Shown: piece after piece, positions 1 to 12,064 of the stretch | How positions within the stretch are numbered: the stretch's first letter is position 1 | Layout: each line of letters starts with the position of its first letter | From: Octopus sinensis | Taxonomy: Eukaryota | Direction: 5' to 3' | Assembly (NCBI RefSeq): GCF_006345805.1 | Contig: NC_042998.1 | Coordinates: 57,164,001-57,228,000 of the forward strand | DNA length: 64,000 nucleotides | Notes under the pieces: generated by a model | The model's database searches: none | What the model was told of the DNA's origin: nothing | The model's input: only the letters and a program-made list of their open reading frames with translations | Position numbers and translations under genes: made by a program

Positions 1-404
1 CATTGTTGATTACAGATAAGTTCACTGCCACCAATTCATCGCAGGGAAATATCACTGCCATCAATTCACCGTGAGAAAAGTTTACCAAGAAAATACATCC
101 ATAGTATCTCACCATTGATATTTAAACAACTATTTTACTAAAAGAAAAAGGAAACAGAACAAAACAAAGCAAAAAAACAAAAACAAACGGTGTATTGATG
201 ACGGCGAATTTTTACTGTGGTGAGTTGATGACGGTGAACTTACCGGATATGCTTCCTGCTTTTTATCTGAAGCAAATATCTATCACTACAGCCTCTCGTA
301 AACCCAAGCCTTACGAAGGACATTGGCAAGTTTGTGGTTCTTCTTAAATTTGACCAAATTCTACATGTATTCATTCATTTAACTCTTCATGAATGATGGG
401 TAGA

Positions 405-442
<38 letters not shown>

Positions 443-1576
443 CTTGTTATAACCTGAGTCTTGATAATCAGAAACTGGCAGAATGTGAAATCCTGCACTT
501 GTAGAATAATCATGTCCCGTAAGTAGGTGTAGAGAACTGAAGTTGCTTTTTCAGCATCCGATCTTACCACTGCAAATTCAATATTTGTGCGTGAGTAGTA
601 TTGTAATGTCACATAAACCTGTCTGTTCATGTGGTAAGCCAAGGAATCGATCTAAAAACAAACAAACCAACACAAGATATCGGTCTTCTCTTTTCTTGAG
701 TAACTCATGAGGATTTGGGATCCACTTTTTCTGGTCATATACGCAATACTTGTTTTTTATTTTCGCTTATGCATATGTCAAAAATTATCCGACGGAAAAA
801 TACGGTAATCCATATTGTTCTGTTCGGAATATTATCGTTCCCTCTCTTACCGCATTTGTTATTACAAATGGCACTGATGTTGTTATGAGAGTCCATGGCT
901 TTGCAGCTTCTGTTACTGCTCCTGGCTGTACAAACACTGTCGTGTGTGTTTTGGGTTGCTACTGCTATTTCTATATCGACAGGTACTAAACATGTTATTA
1001 ATATATGTGACTGAGCTATTGTCGTTGCTTCTACCACCGTTACTGATGCTATTCATAATAACGCCGCACTTCTTACTGCTGTGGTAGTCGTTATAGCGCC
1101 TATTGCTGTCGTTGGAGTAGTTGGCATAGTTAACTACTTCGTTCTTAAGTTAATGCCATAATTGATAGGAATGTTTTCATTTTCTGCCGTGATTAACTGC
1201 AATATTGTTTAATCTCATCTTCAAGTAAATTAGTGTTTGTCTGTCCCCAACATCGTCCTCTGTAGAAAGTTCCATGTTTCGTTCTATCTTGACCACCTGA
1301 CTTGAATAGATTCACTTTCAGTTTCCTTTACAATTCAGAATGCTATATAAATCAAAATTTTGCATTTGTCTGTCAGTCACATACCGAGTCGATAAGTGAT
1401 ATAAAGAATTACAATGGATTTTTTCTACTTAATTGGATGATATTAATCACACGTTCTTCATGTATAATGTTATATGTATACTTCCTACCAGTAGACAGGG
1501 CTATTATACTGAGTTCAAATTTCGCCGAGGTTCAGTTTGCTTTTTATCTTTTCGGAGGTAGATAAAATAAGTACCA

Positions 1577-1577
<1 letters not shown>

Positions 1578-1620
<43 letters not shown>

Positions 1621-1646
1621 CATTATTATTATTATTATTATTGTTA

Positions 1647-1690
<44 letters not shown>
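1578..1690. repeat. (TAT)n microsatellite
   Basis: Directly visible, attached to an S1 SINE tail. Confidence 0.95.
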
Positions 1691-1691
<1 letters not shown>

Positions 1692-2179
1692 TATGTTTGA
1701 CTTTTGCTTTACATTTGCACAAGCTGGCTCCAAGTTTCACCCAGAGACCTCAAGAGACAACAAGTTGGAAGTTCGTGTTGGTGTTATGCCTAGGGTGCCT
1801 AGTATTTGGTTTTGTACTTAGTGTTGTACTAGTGAATGCCTAAAAAAACATACGAAAATTATGTTTGTTTTAAAACTTGAGATTATATAGAAAGTATTTT
1901 GCGTAGGATGTGAGCAGTTCCCATGAGCACTATCTTTTGAATTTCTGCCATTTTTGGGTTTCCTGGTATCTGAGTTAGGTAGCAATCAGCCCCTTTTGCT
2001 ATCATTCCCAGGGCCCCAATGACAATAGGTATTGTTTTAGTCTTCAGGTTCCACATTTTGCTGATTTCTATTTCCAGATCTTTATATTTGCTCAGATACG
2101 TTTATATCATTATTATTATTATTACATCATTGTTATTTATATCATTATTATTATTGTTGTTGTTGTTGTTGAGGAGGAG

Positions 2180-2680
2180 GAGTGAGAGAGCAGTGCATGA
2201 AATCAAAGTGACACTGGGGTAAAATATACGAAACCCAGTATACCCATCATGACTACATGTCTGATAAGTGTACACCAGGCATATTCATCACAACCATGTG
2301 TGCGCGACGTGGTGATCTCATATCAAGATAAACAGCGCATGACCTTGCAGGTGGGGCCCAGTTAGAATTTTCTTCTGGTTGAGTAGCCTATCCCGCTCAA
2401 AAGGTCCCTGAAGAAAGATGTTGAACGAACCATACATGTTTCCAGAGATGAATTATCCAAACTTCCAAGAATGCCTTTCATCACATTGCTATGATGCTCC
2501 CCCACTATCTCTGCTCATGATCAGAGATGCACATATCGTCAGCCACTAAGGGACATGCACAACTAGTTAAGGTCAAACAACTGACAAGCAAATCTGTGGT
2601 ATTGAGCGGAATATTTGCTGTAGCCCATCTTTTATACCAAGACAAAACAATGTACATGATAACACTTCCAATCAGTTAAG
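2180..2680 (-). repeat. ~500-bp non-coding interspersed repeat embedded in TAA/CAA microsatellite (copy 1, shorter at its right end)
   Basis: Highly similar to 5051-5605 and flanked by trinucleotide arrays on both sides. Confidence 0.8.
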
Positions 2681-2716
<36 letters not shown>

Positions 2717-3335
2717 TGATGAAAAGCTCACACTACTGGTCATGCTTCAAGAACCTTGCGAAGAATTCTTGCAGTTCCAAGCAATGCTGATTTTTGTAGG
2801 TGTTTCATCTTTATATTTGTACCAATCTTTTTGAGCCATGTTGGTAGTTGTATACTAATATTTCCGAGTGCGCAAATTGCTATTGGTATCACGTCTACTC
2901 TCATCATTGACCACAATCTTCGTATCTCCCACTTTAAATCTTCGTAGTTGTTCAGTTTTTCTTCTTTCTCTTTAAACCTGTTATCACCGAGATATGCTAT
3001 GTCAATTATCATGCAAGTTCTTTCTTGTTTATTCACCACAACAATGTCCTGTTTCTGATGTCATGTCGGGGGATCGCACTGAATCATTGGATCTCATAGG
3101 ATTTTGCAATCGTCTTTCTATGTGACTCGTTTCGGGGCTTGCTCATACCACGTCTTTGCTCCTTGTAGGCCGTGATTTCTACAGAGCTCTCAATGGATCA
3201 TTCTTGCTACATTGTCATGTCGTCTTTCATAATTAAGTTATACCAATTTCGGTCATTCGCCAAAGATGTACCATACTGTTTCAACTCTCTCACCACATAT
3301 TGAAAGTGCCACATATCTTGAAAATAATAACACTG
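2681..3335 (-). mobile_element. 3' fragment of an R4/Dong-like RLE-type non-LTR retrotransposon with (TAA)n tail
   Basis: ETVWHIF..KL..NYERRHDNVARMIH*ELC (CCHC region) followed by the restriction-like endonuclease C-terminus IIDIAYLGD..KEKEEK..Y.DL..EIRRLW..VDVIPIAICALG..QKSALLGTARILRKVL; ~24-nt 3' UTR, then a TAA array at 2681-2716. Confidence 0.85.
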
Positions 3336-3399
3336 GATTTGGAGACATAAAAAGTATTAAGGTAGGTTTTCTCCAACGAATTTGACAGTTCGAACGTAA

Positions 3400-4925
3400 G
3401 AGTCAGTAATTGACCCATTTCCTTTTCTCTTTACTTTTTAGCCAACATGGCTGGTTTAAGAGCGGTTGGCATAGATGCATTTGGTCGGAGTCGCCCTAGA
3501 AGCAAATGCTACCTGCCCCATGGCCTCAGGTTGCTAAGTTTGGAATTAATAGCCGCCAGCGACGCAAGGATTTCTGACAAACGTAGGCTAGCGCACATTT
3601 TTGAGAACTTTGAGATCTGCGAATCTCAGTGTCGACCTGGAATGGGAGGCAGAGTGGCAGTGCTGTTTAGGAAAGGTTTAGATCTCGAGGTACGGACGAT
3701 TTACCTGGACACGGATGGTAACATGGTTGTCCTGTGTGTATGCCACAGCAAAGGCTAGTCGCTGTTTAGGATCCAATTGAGATGAGGCTGTCGGATTTCT
3801 TCCGACGTTTGACAGTTTCCTTCGGAGGTCTAGCTCATTAGTGCTGGAATGTCCTCTTGGCTGCACGCCCCGATTGTGCGGGACTAGTTGATAGGAAAGG
3901 TTATTGTAACAACCTCACAAACCTGGTCAGTCACTTCCAACTGGCAAACAGGCACCGAGTGTAATTCCCGAATCCGCGAATGTGGACATGGACAAACAGC
4001 ACCGGCCCATCCAGATCGTATCTAGATAGAATACTCTGTAGGCCTGTAGATGCAAATAGCATAAGTAGTCCATAATTCAAAGTACTGGCTAGATAGACCA
4101 CAAATTTGTGACCTGTACGGTCGACCTAGATAGAATCCATACGCAGGGCCCCGGATACTGGACCCTGAACGCATCGTTCCCGGGGCACCAAGCTTTCAGA
4201 GATCGTGTTAGCAAGTTAGTTCATCAAAGTTGACAGGTGCAATCGTCAACAACCGAGGGTGGTCAGTTCTGATAAGGCTATTAAGGTAGAGGCGTTAATG
4301 TTTAGTAATGAAATAGCGGTAAAGACTAGAATGGAAGAAGGCCTAGCTAGGAAGATCGATGGGGCACATAGAAAAGGTATAGCGACTGACACACTGGCAG
4401 CGAGATTGGCTCCTGATTGATTTTTCAATGCAAAATGCAAAGGATACATTGTGAAAGCTAGGGCATATGCTCTAACACATATGGCAACGAAGCCACAATT
4501 CATTCTTTGACGGGTTAAGTTGGGCTCTTGCTACTCTAATAAAAACATGTGTACGGAATCTGTACAAGGCATACGGTGGGTTGGAGACGGGGTGGATTTT
4601 GCCAACTAGGTTGACGGCTTCCTGCGACCTAGAATCGGGGATGCGCAGTTCTATGAAATGCCGATAACATCCGAAGATATACGTGATGCAATAAATTGAT
4701 GTAAAAAAAGTCCCTGAGGCTAGATGGTTTGCCCTTCAACATTTATCTTTATATGCCAGACTTGTTCGGTGATCTTTTGACAGATATCTACTGCAAATGG
4801 CAGCAAAACGAAAAAAAATCTCAGTCTTGTGAGCCAAAATGTGGCAGTGCTGCTGGATATTTCGAGGGGTATCTTGCGTGGACTTGGCTTTAGAAGATTC
4901 GTGTCATCTTATGGGACAAAGTTAC
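3400..4925 (+). mobile_element. Decayed Tx1/L1-like LINE: APE endonuclease to start of RT
   Basis: GGRVAVLFRKGLDLEVRTIYLD..G..VVL (APE), SYLDRI, WTLNAS, and SP..DGLPFNIYLYMPDLFGDLL (RT N-terminus); many stops and frameshifts. Confidence 0.75.
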
Positions 4926-5015
4926 GGTAATAGAGTCAGGAATTTTGGAAATTGTAAAATGAAACAATAACCAGAGGAAGTCGGTGGCCTTGCGGTTCGG
5001 CACGTGGAGAAGTGG

Positions 5016-5050
<35 letters not shown>

Positions 5051-5604
5051 GAGTGAGAGAGCAGTGCCTGCCATCAAAGTGATACTGGGATAAAATATAT
5101 GAAGCCCAGTGTACCCATCATGACTACCCATCTGATAAGTGTATACCAGGCATATGCATCATAACCATATGTGCACGACATGGTGATCTCATATCAAGAT
5201 AAACAGCGCATGACCTTGCAGGTGGGACCCAGTTAGAATTTTCTTCTGGTCGAGTAGCCCATCTCGCTCTAAAGGTCCCTGAATAAGGGTTGTTTAAGGA
5301 TGTTGAACGAAACACCCATGCTTCCAGAGGTGAATTATTCAAACCCCAAAGAATCCCTCTCAACACATGGCCATGATGCTCCCCCACTACTTCTGCTCCT
5401 GATTAGAGATGCACATATCGTCAGCCACTAAGGGACATGCTCAACTGGTTAAGTTCAAACAACTGACAAGTAAATCCGTGGTATTGAGCAGATTATTTGC
5501 TGTAGCCCATCTTTTATACCAAGACAAAACAATGTACATGATAACATTGCCAATCAGTTAATATCAGAAGCCATGTGAGGTACTGTCTGGTACTGCATCA
5601 GGGC

Positions 5605-5605
<1 letters not shown>
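5051..5605 (-). repeat. ~555-bp non-coding interspersed repeat embedded in (TAA)n (copy 2)
   Basis: Aligns by eye to 2180-2680 with ~50 extra nt at the right end; (ATT)n on both sides. Confidence 0.8.
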
Positions 5606-5651
<46 letters not shown>

Positions 5652-5769
5652 CATTATTATTATTATTATTATTATCATTATTATTATTGTTATTATTGTT
5701 ATTATTATTATTATTATTGTTGTTGTTGGTGTTGTTGTTATTATTATCATCACTATTATTATTATTGTT

Positions 5770-6135
5770 GGAGGCGCAATGGCCCAGTGGTTAGGGCAGC
5801 GGCCTCGCGGTTTCGATTCCCAGACCGGGCGTTTTGAGTGTTTATTGAGCGAAAACACCTAAAGCTCCACGAGACACCGGCAGGGGGGGTGAACTCTGCT
5901 GTATTCTTTCACCACAACTTTCTCTCACTCTTTCTTCCTGTTTCTGTTGTACCTGTATTTCAAAGGGCCAGCCTTGTCACACTCTGTGTCACGCTGAATC
6001 TTCCCGAGAACTACGTTAAGGGTACACGTGCCTGTGGAGTGCTCAGCCACTTGCACGTTAATTTCACGAGCAGGCTGTTCTGTTCATCGGATCAACTGGA
6101 ACTCTCGTCGGCGTAACCGACAGTGTGCCAACAGT
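5770..6135 (+). mobile_element. tRNA-derived SINE, family S2
   Basis: A-box-like TGGCCCAGTGG and B-box-like GGTTTCGATTCC; related copy at 35660-36057. Confidence 0.8.
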
Positions 6136-6790
6136 TATTATTGTTAATGAAGGTGACACACAGCCATAATCGTTAGCACGCAGGAGAAAATCCCACTGGA
6201 ACTTCTTGCTCTTTATATTCTGAACTTTACTTTTCATCCTTCTATGATCGATAAAATAAAGTACCAGTCGAAAACTGAGGCCGATATAATCGACTTTTTC
6301 CTCTCCTCGAAATTGCTGGCCATGCACCAAAATTAGAGAGAATTATTCAGAAAGTTGACCAGCAAGCAGAATTGTTAGAGTATCAGACAAAATGCCTAGC
6401 GCAATTTCTTCCGGCTCTATGTTCTGAGTTCAAATTCCTCCCATCTCAGCTTCAACTGTCATTGTTTCGAGGACAGTAAATAAAATGCCATTCAAGTATG
6501 AGTGTCAACTACATCGGTCAAAAATCTCCCCAAATTTTTTTAATGTACCTATATCAGATGCAATCATTATTATTTTCAAGGCGACTGGCAGAGTTAGTAA
6601 CGTAAAATGTTTTGAGATATTTAATGATAACAATTTACTTTCAAAACCTGGTGAAGCCTATATTGTCTTACATCCGTCTTGAGTAGATAACAAAAGTGCC
6701 AAACTAAAATGGATCACTGTGTACTTACACCCGAAATTAGTTGCTTTTTATAAAACTCAGAAACCATGCAATCAATATCATCAAAAAATA

Positions 6791-7004
6791 AGGCGGCGAG
6801 CTGGCAGAATCGTTAGCACGCCGGGCAAAATGCTTAGCGGCATTTCGTCCATGTTTATGTTCTGAGTTCAAATTCCGTCGAAGTCGACTTTGTTTTTCAA
6901 CCATTCGGGCTCGATAAAATAAGTATCAGTTAAGCACTTAGGTTGGCGTAGTAGACTATCCTCCTTTCCCCAAAATTGCTGACCTTGTACCAAAATTTGA
7001 AACC
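6791..7004 (+). mobile_element. SINE family S1 (aaggcggcgagctggcagaatcgttagc... gagttcaaattcc... gataaaataagtaccag)
   Basis: Recurrent family; B-box-like GAGTTCAAATTCC. Further partial copies near 1500-1578, 6250-6520, 7040-7370, 35210-35400, 59080-59240 and 62880-63145. Confidence 0.8.
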
Positions 7005-7619
7005 TATAGTATCAAATAACCTTACATGTCACACAAAGGGCCATCAATTTCGAAGGTGTAATCGATTACAGCAACCCATTACCTAATTGGAACTCTAATT
7101 CATCTACTCTGAAAAGATGAAAGGCAATACTAACAACAAAAGGATTTGAATGCAGAACGCATTCGTCCGTAACCAAATACTGTAGCTATTTTTGTTTAAA
7201 CATTTAACGATTTTGTCAATTCCATCCCCACTAAATGACATAAAATAATTCGTTCAAATTTTGGCACAAAGTCAACAATTTTTATGAGAGTCGGTAGGTC
7301 AATCATATCATCTCCAATGCTAAACTGGTACTTATTTTATCGATCTCAGGGGGATGAAAGGCAAGGGAGAATTAGAAGTCAGAAATTAAAAAATGCAGGA
7401 GGAAAAGCCATGGCAAAGTTCAGGAGAACTAAAGAAAAAAAATTGGAAATTAAGAAGGGTCGCAGAGTCGATCACTTTTTTTGTTCAAGATTTCCTATCG
7501 CTGTCTGTAATTCTATAAAATTTACGCACAAGAAAATCATACAACCGATATATTCTCTACATCTTAAGTTCTGTTATGGCTGGAAAAGAATGATTCGTTT
7601 GACACATTGAAAATGATTT

Positions 7620-8440
7620 ATCATTGATGAATAAAGTGTCAAATTGACTTTGGGAAGTCTTGTATGAATCAAATTTTATATTGCTGCTTTGAATTTCATA
7701 CATCACATGAAAATCTCTGAGTTATTGCTTGTGCTGCTTCGTTGAACATCAAGACAATGTAATAATTCCTAATAACGAGCAGCTTAGCGAAAAATTCTTG
7801 CTGCCAAATGTGACGTTCTCTGCCATTCAGCAGTATTTACGAAGCTAACTTTCTTGAACAAACAGCTTCAAAATAAGAATATAAATATTTTAATTTTCAA
7901 AGAGGCTACTAGTGCTTTCTTTGGGAAACTAGATCTATCTATTTAGAATAAATATTAAGCGCAAGGAGGTGATACATTTGCAAATGCTTGTCACTATTGA
8001 GGAGGATCATCTTTTAGTGTGTACTGAGCACTTAAAAAAACTGCGCAATGATATGGAAATTATTTTCAAAGATCTGGGAATAAACATTTCAAGTTGATTG
8101 GGAGAATCATTTGGAATAACTACAGCGTATGTTGTCATGAAGCCGGAGTATTATTGAGTTGTAGAGACGTGAAACTTTTCAAACAACATTTAATCATAGG
8201 CTCCATAACTTATGGATTGGTAATGAAATTTCTATGAAATTCCCATTGCTTTGGTAGAAAGTAAATTTATATTTCATTATATTTTCTACTTCTTACCTAG
8301 TTGAGATAGGGTATAGCCGGGTGTCTTTATTAATTTCAAAAGTTCGCAATCGTTTACAATTTTAAGTAGAAGTAATTTTCATCTCAAACAACTATGAATT
8401 CTGATATCTGAAACGGCATCAGCCGCAAGAATTTCACTGA
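7620..8440 (+). pseudogene. hAT (Buster/ZBED5-SCAND3-like) transposase remnant, C-terminal half
   Basis: FTKLTFLNKQLQNKN..KEATSAFFGKL; EHLKKLRNDME..FKDL; dimerisation-domain-like LW..IIFSTSYLVEIGYSRV.LLISKVRNRL..HQPQEFH*; multiple stops. Confidence 0.75.
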
Positions 8441-9006
8441 ATAAATACAGCAAAAAGGTAGATAATATATTTTATTATTTTGCAAAAGATATTTTGTTTC
8501 TTGGAAGTTATTAATTTTCTAGGTGTCAATAGATGTATTTTGTTTCGTGTGGTATATCACAAAATTAACATATAATTATAAATGTTTGTCTTATTTAACT
8601 CACAAAACATTTTTTGTTTTTGTGAAATAGATGAATAATGAATAAATGTGCAATTAATGTACACAGATAGTTTTATGGACTTTATTACATTATTAGTAGA
8701 AAACAGGTCAACTATAAGAATAGGTTTTAAAAAAATATTTATTCAAAATTTTTATTTAAAAGTGCTTCATTACAAATTAATTGGCTTATAAATATTAATG
8801 CAAAAAAATTTCATGATAATAAACTAATCTAAAGTAATTAATATTTAGAATCTCGTTGTTATTTTATAAATTTTACAAATTATATTTTTATTAAAGATTT
8901 TTAGCTGTTTCAAAAGTGACTCGTTTCTACTTATTGACCGAAGAGGTTGGAAAAGCGACTTAAATATATGCACTTATATATACAGAGGAACATATATATA
9001 TATATA

Positions 9007-9052
<46 letters not shown>

Positions 9053-9098
9053 TGTGTGTGGTGTGTGTGTGTGTGTGTGTTTATATATTTAATCCAAG

Positions 9099-9185
9099 GT
9101 GTTCCTGCTGAGGACGGTTTCACCTAGCGAGTATATGTTATTTTACTTGCTAAACTAAAATCAGAAACCAATTGGTCCAGGAAAC
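9099..9185 (+). ncRNA. Type I hammerhead ribozyme, probably Penelope-associated
   Basis: Stem I TTCCTG/CAGGAA; core CTGAGGA 9108-9114; stem II including TAGCGAGTA/TACTTGCTA; GAAA 9164-9167; stem III ACC-AATT-GGT; GTC cleavage triplet 9175-9177. Confidence 0.75.
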
Positions 9186-9454
9186 TAGATGGTAAAAGGA
9201 TCATATTTTTTCATTTCGTTCCTGTCGAATTTTAGCCCTAATATTGTAGTTATGAAACATAGCTGTTCTTTCTAGCGTGTTGAATCCCACAAATGGATTC
9301 TTCATGTGTTTAAATGTACACTGTATTTTATAACTAATACATAATCTTTGGACTAGACTTTTACACGTTAGGCCACTGGAAATGTAAAATTTAATTAATT
9401 TCCATTTCCATTTGATATGATTAAGTATTATATATATATAATTTGACCGGGTGT

Positions 9455-9645
9455 GTACCGTTAGCGATATTTTCCTCCGTCTTCCCTTCCTTGGATCTTT
9501 CCTTTTCCTATGTTTCTGGCGAAGAGCTCCGCTCGAAACGTTAAATCCTCTTTCTTTCTTTCATTCCTGAGTGTCCAATAACACTATACTGGTTCCACGT
9601 CCTCGCGTTGTTGTGTTTTCTCTTTGCGTTTTCATGTTTGGATTA

Positions 9646-9650
<5 letters not shown>
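9455..9650 (+). repeat. ~190-bp Penelope-type terminal-repeat fragment with minimal hammerhead motif (copy 1)
   Basis: Homologous to 61190-61381; contains gtttCTGGCGAagagctccgctcGAAAcgttaaat; sits in TA microsatellite. Confidence 0.65.
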
Positions 9651-9709
<59 letters not shown>

Positions 9710-9728
9710 TATATATATACATATACAT

Positions 9729-9783
<55 letters not shown>

Positions 9784-10183
9784 GTGTGTGTGTGTGTGTT
9801 GTAGTAGTAGTAGTTGTAGAGTAAAAATGACTTTGCAAATATCTTCATGATCCAATGTAATCTTGTGTATATTCGTCATAGTTGTGTGCTGAAAGGGATT
9901 TCATAAAACTGACTTTTACGACATTGATTAATTTGATCAGCACTAATCACATCGATCTTTTCATTCATACCAACAAAGATTAAAGTCTTATCAACAGAGC
10001 CTAAATCGATTCAGGAAATTATGAAGTGTGAAGAAAGGTGCAACTGTGGTTGTATCGTTAAGAACTTTGCTTCTTAATCGTGTGGTCTTGGGTTCAGTTC
10101 CTCTGCGTGGAAACTGTTTTCAAGTATAGCCCAGGTCCAACCATAACCTTGTGACTATATTCGGTTGACGGAAACTGAAAAAA

Positions 10184-10223
<40 letters not shown>

Positions 10224-10325
10224 TGAAGAATACGATAAAAACTTTATAAGAATTTATCAAGTAGTTAGCGTGAAAAAACCTCATAAGGGAAAATCCATCA
10301 ATTATTCTTCTTATATATATTTATT

Positions 10326-10487
10326 TATATTAAGGGCATTTCTATACATAAATGCTTCATACTAGGAGGGACTCTTAAAGTCAAAACTACCATAATAAAT
10401 AAACTTCGGTACAATGTGTTTATTTAATATGGTAGTTTTGACTTTAAGATTCCCTCTAGCGTGAGGCATTCATGTATAGTAATGCTC

Positions 10488-10496
<9 letters not shown>
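10326..10496. mobile_element. Near-perfect fold-back palindrome, probable TA-targeting MITE
   Basis: ~78-nt arms with few mismatches around a 13-nt spacer (10405-10417); TA-rich flanks. Confidence 0.7.
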
Positions 10497-10532
<36 letters not shown>

Positions 10533-11617
10533 ATGTATGTATGTATGTATGTATGTATGTATGTATATATATATGTATGTATTTATGTATGTATTTGTTT
10601 ATCTTTGTACTTGTGTTAAGTAAAGATAAAAGAAAGGGAACATGAATGACAAGTTTGATTGTGGATCATGTAATCAGACGAGAGAACACTTAATCGTATA
10701 GCAAGCCTCTTAACAACTGAAGCTAGCAGATTTCACCATGTTGCTTTTAAGTAGTTGGTGTTTAACTCAAAAAATTTGAGCGAAGATATATCCACGAAGA
10801 GCAGCCTGTACCTTAGTATATCTAGGACTACGTTTACCAATCTGTTCCTCCTTTTCTTTTAAAGACGGTAGGGTGCAATTTTGGGGAATTTGGTTGCTAT
10901 TTCTAGGAATTTGGGCAACATCACAGTGACTCCCAAGGCGCGTTGTGACTTATCCAGTAAGTATCATGGGTACTGACGTTCATCACTGTAATTGGGAACA
11001 ATACTGAGTATAATTACAACAGTTGTACTAACGGGACGCCAAAGCGATGGAGCAGCACTGATAGTAGTCCAGACAGGATGTTTAAATCAGAACTAGTCGG
11101 AAGCATACATGCAGCTCCCATCGCCGTGGAAATTCTCGGTCAGCCACTCCTTCGATTCGAGGACTATGCTTGTAAAAGCCTTTCTGGGCCACCTCCTCTA
11201 TCCAGTTTCTGACTACCGTATCCAACATCTCGATCCAAACGACGGCATTGACTCTAAGCCGTTTGTTTGTGACCTTCAAGGCTATCACTGTTGTTGAAAA
11301 CTAGCATTCTCGTGGGGTTCACTCACAGCCGCTTGTCGCTCCTCCTGGTACCTTTATAATCCTGATAGATGTAATTTTAATCTGAGAAGGACCCAGAACC
11401 AGATTGTTTCTCGAGATGCCTGAACGTTTCACATGAATCTCATGGGTCTCCCGACTTTTTCTGGTCATGAATTGTCTTTTCTTTTCACGTAAGAAGCGTA
11501 TCTGGTGTCCTCATGCAGCAAGTGTGTGACTGGGATTAACACAGACGTGTTCTACATGACCCCTGGGCAATAAACATTGTATACGTATGCTTACGATACA
11601 CTTACGAATACATTAAT

Positions 11618-11659
<42 letters not shown>

Positions 11660-12064
11660 CATACATGTGCACGGGAGCCATCATAAGTGTTTGTGTGTAT
11701 GCACGCTTGTGTGTGTGTATGTGTTTCTATGTGCGAGTATATGAAAAAACGCAGTGGATATGGATAGATAGTTAACTATGTGATGAGAGGAATATTTGGG
11801 AATAAAAGTGGAAGGAAAGAAAACTAGGAGTTTGTAATAGAAACTCTATATAGAAAAAGTAGTGATATGACAGAAGAGAGAAAAGAGGGAGATAAAAATG
11901 AAGAAATTAAACAAAGTATCAATTGCGCAAAACAAAAGGAATAAAAAAGAATGAGAGTATATTTAATGTGAAGGAGCTAAGAGTAAGCAAAGGAGAAACA
12001 GAAATAGAAAGGCAGAATATTACTGAGAAGGAAGTCAGAAAGCGAGGCGAGAGATAGAAGTGAT

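Noticed and set aside
5770-5830. tRNA gene candidates at SINE heads (also ~36000-36057 and ~61060-61128)
   Set aside because: A/B boxes are present but there is no complete cloverleaf, and each continues into a SINE body.
11050-11560. GC-richer block, possibly a Tx1-like LINE C-terminus on the minus strand
   Set aside because: Only a vague EF.RRW resemblance; family cannot be supported.
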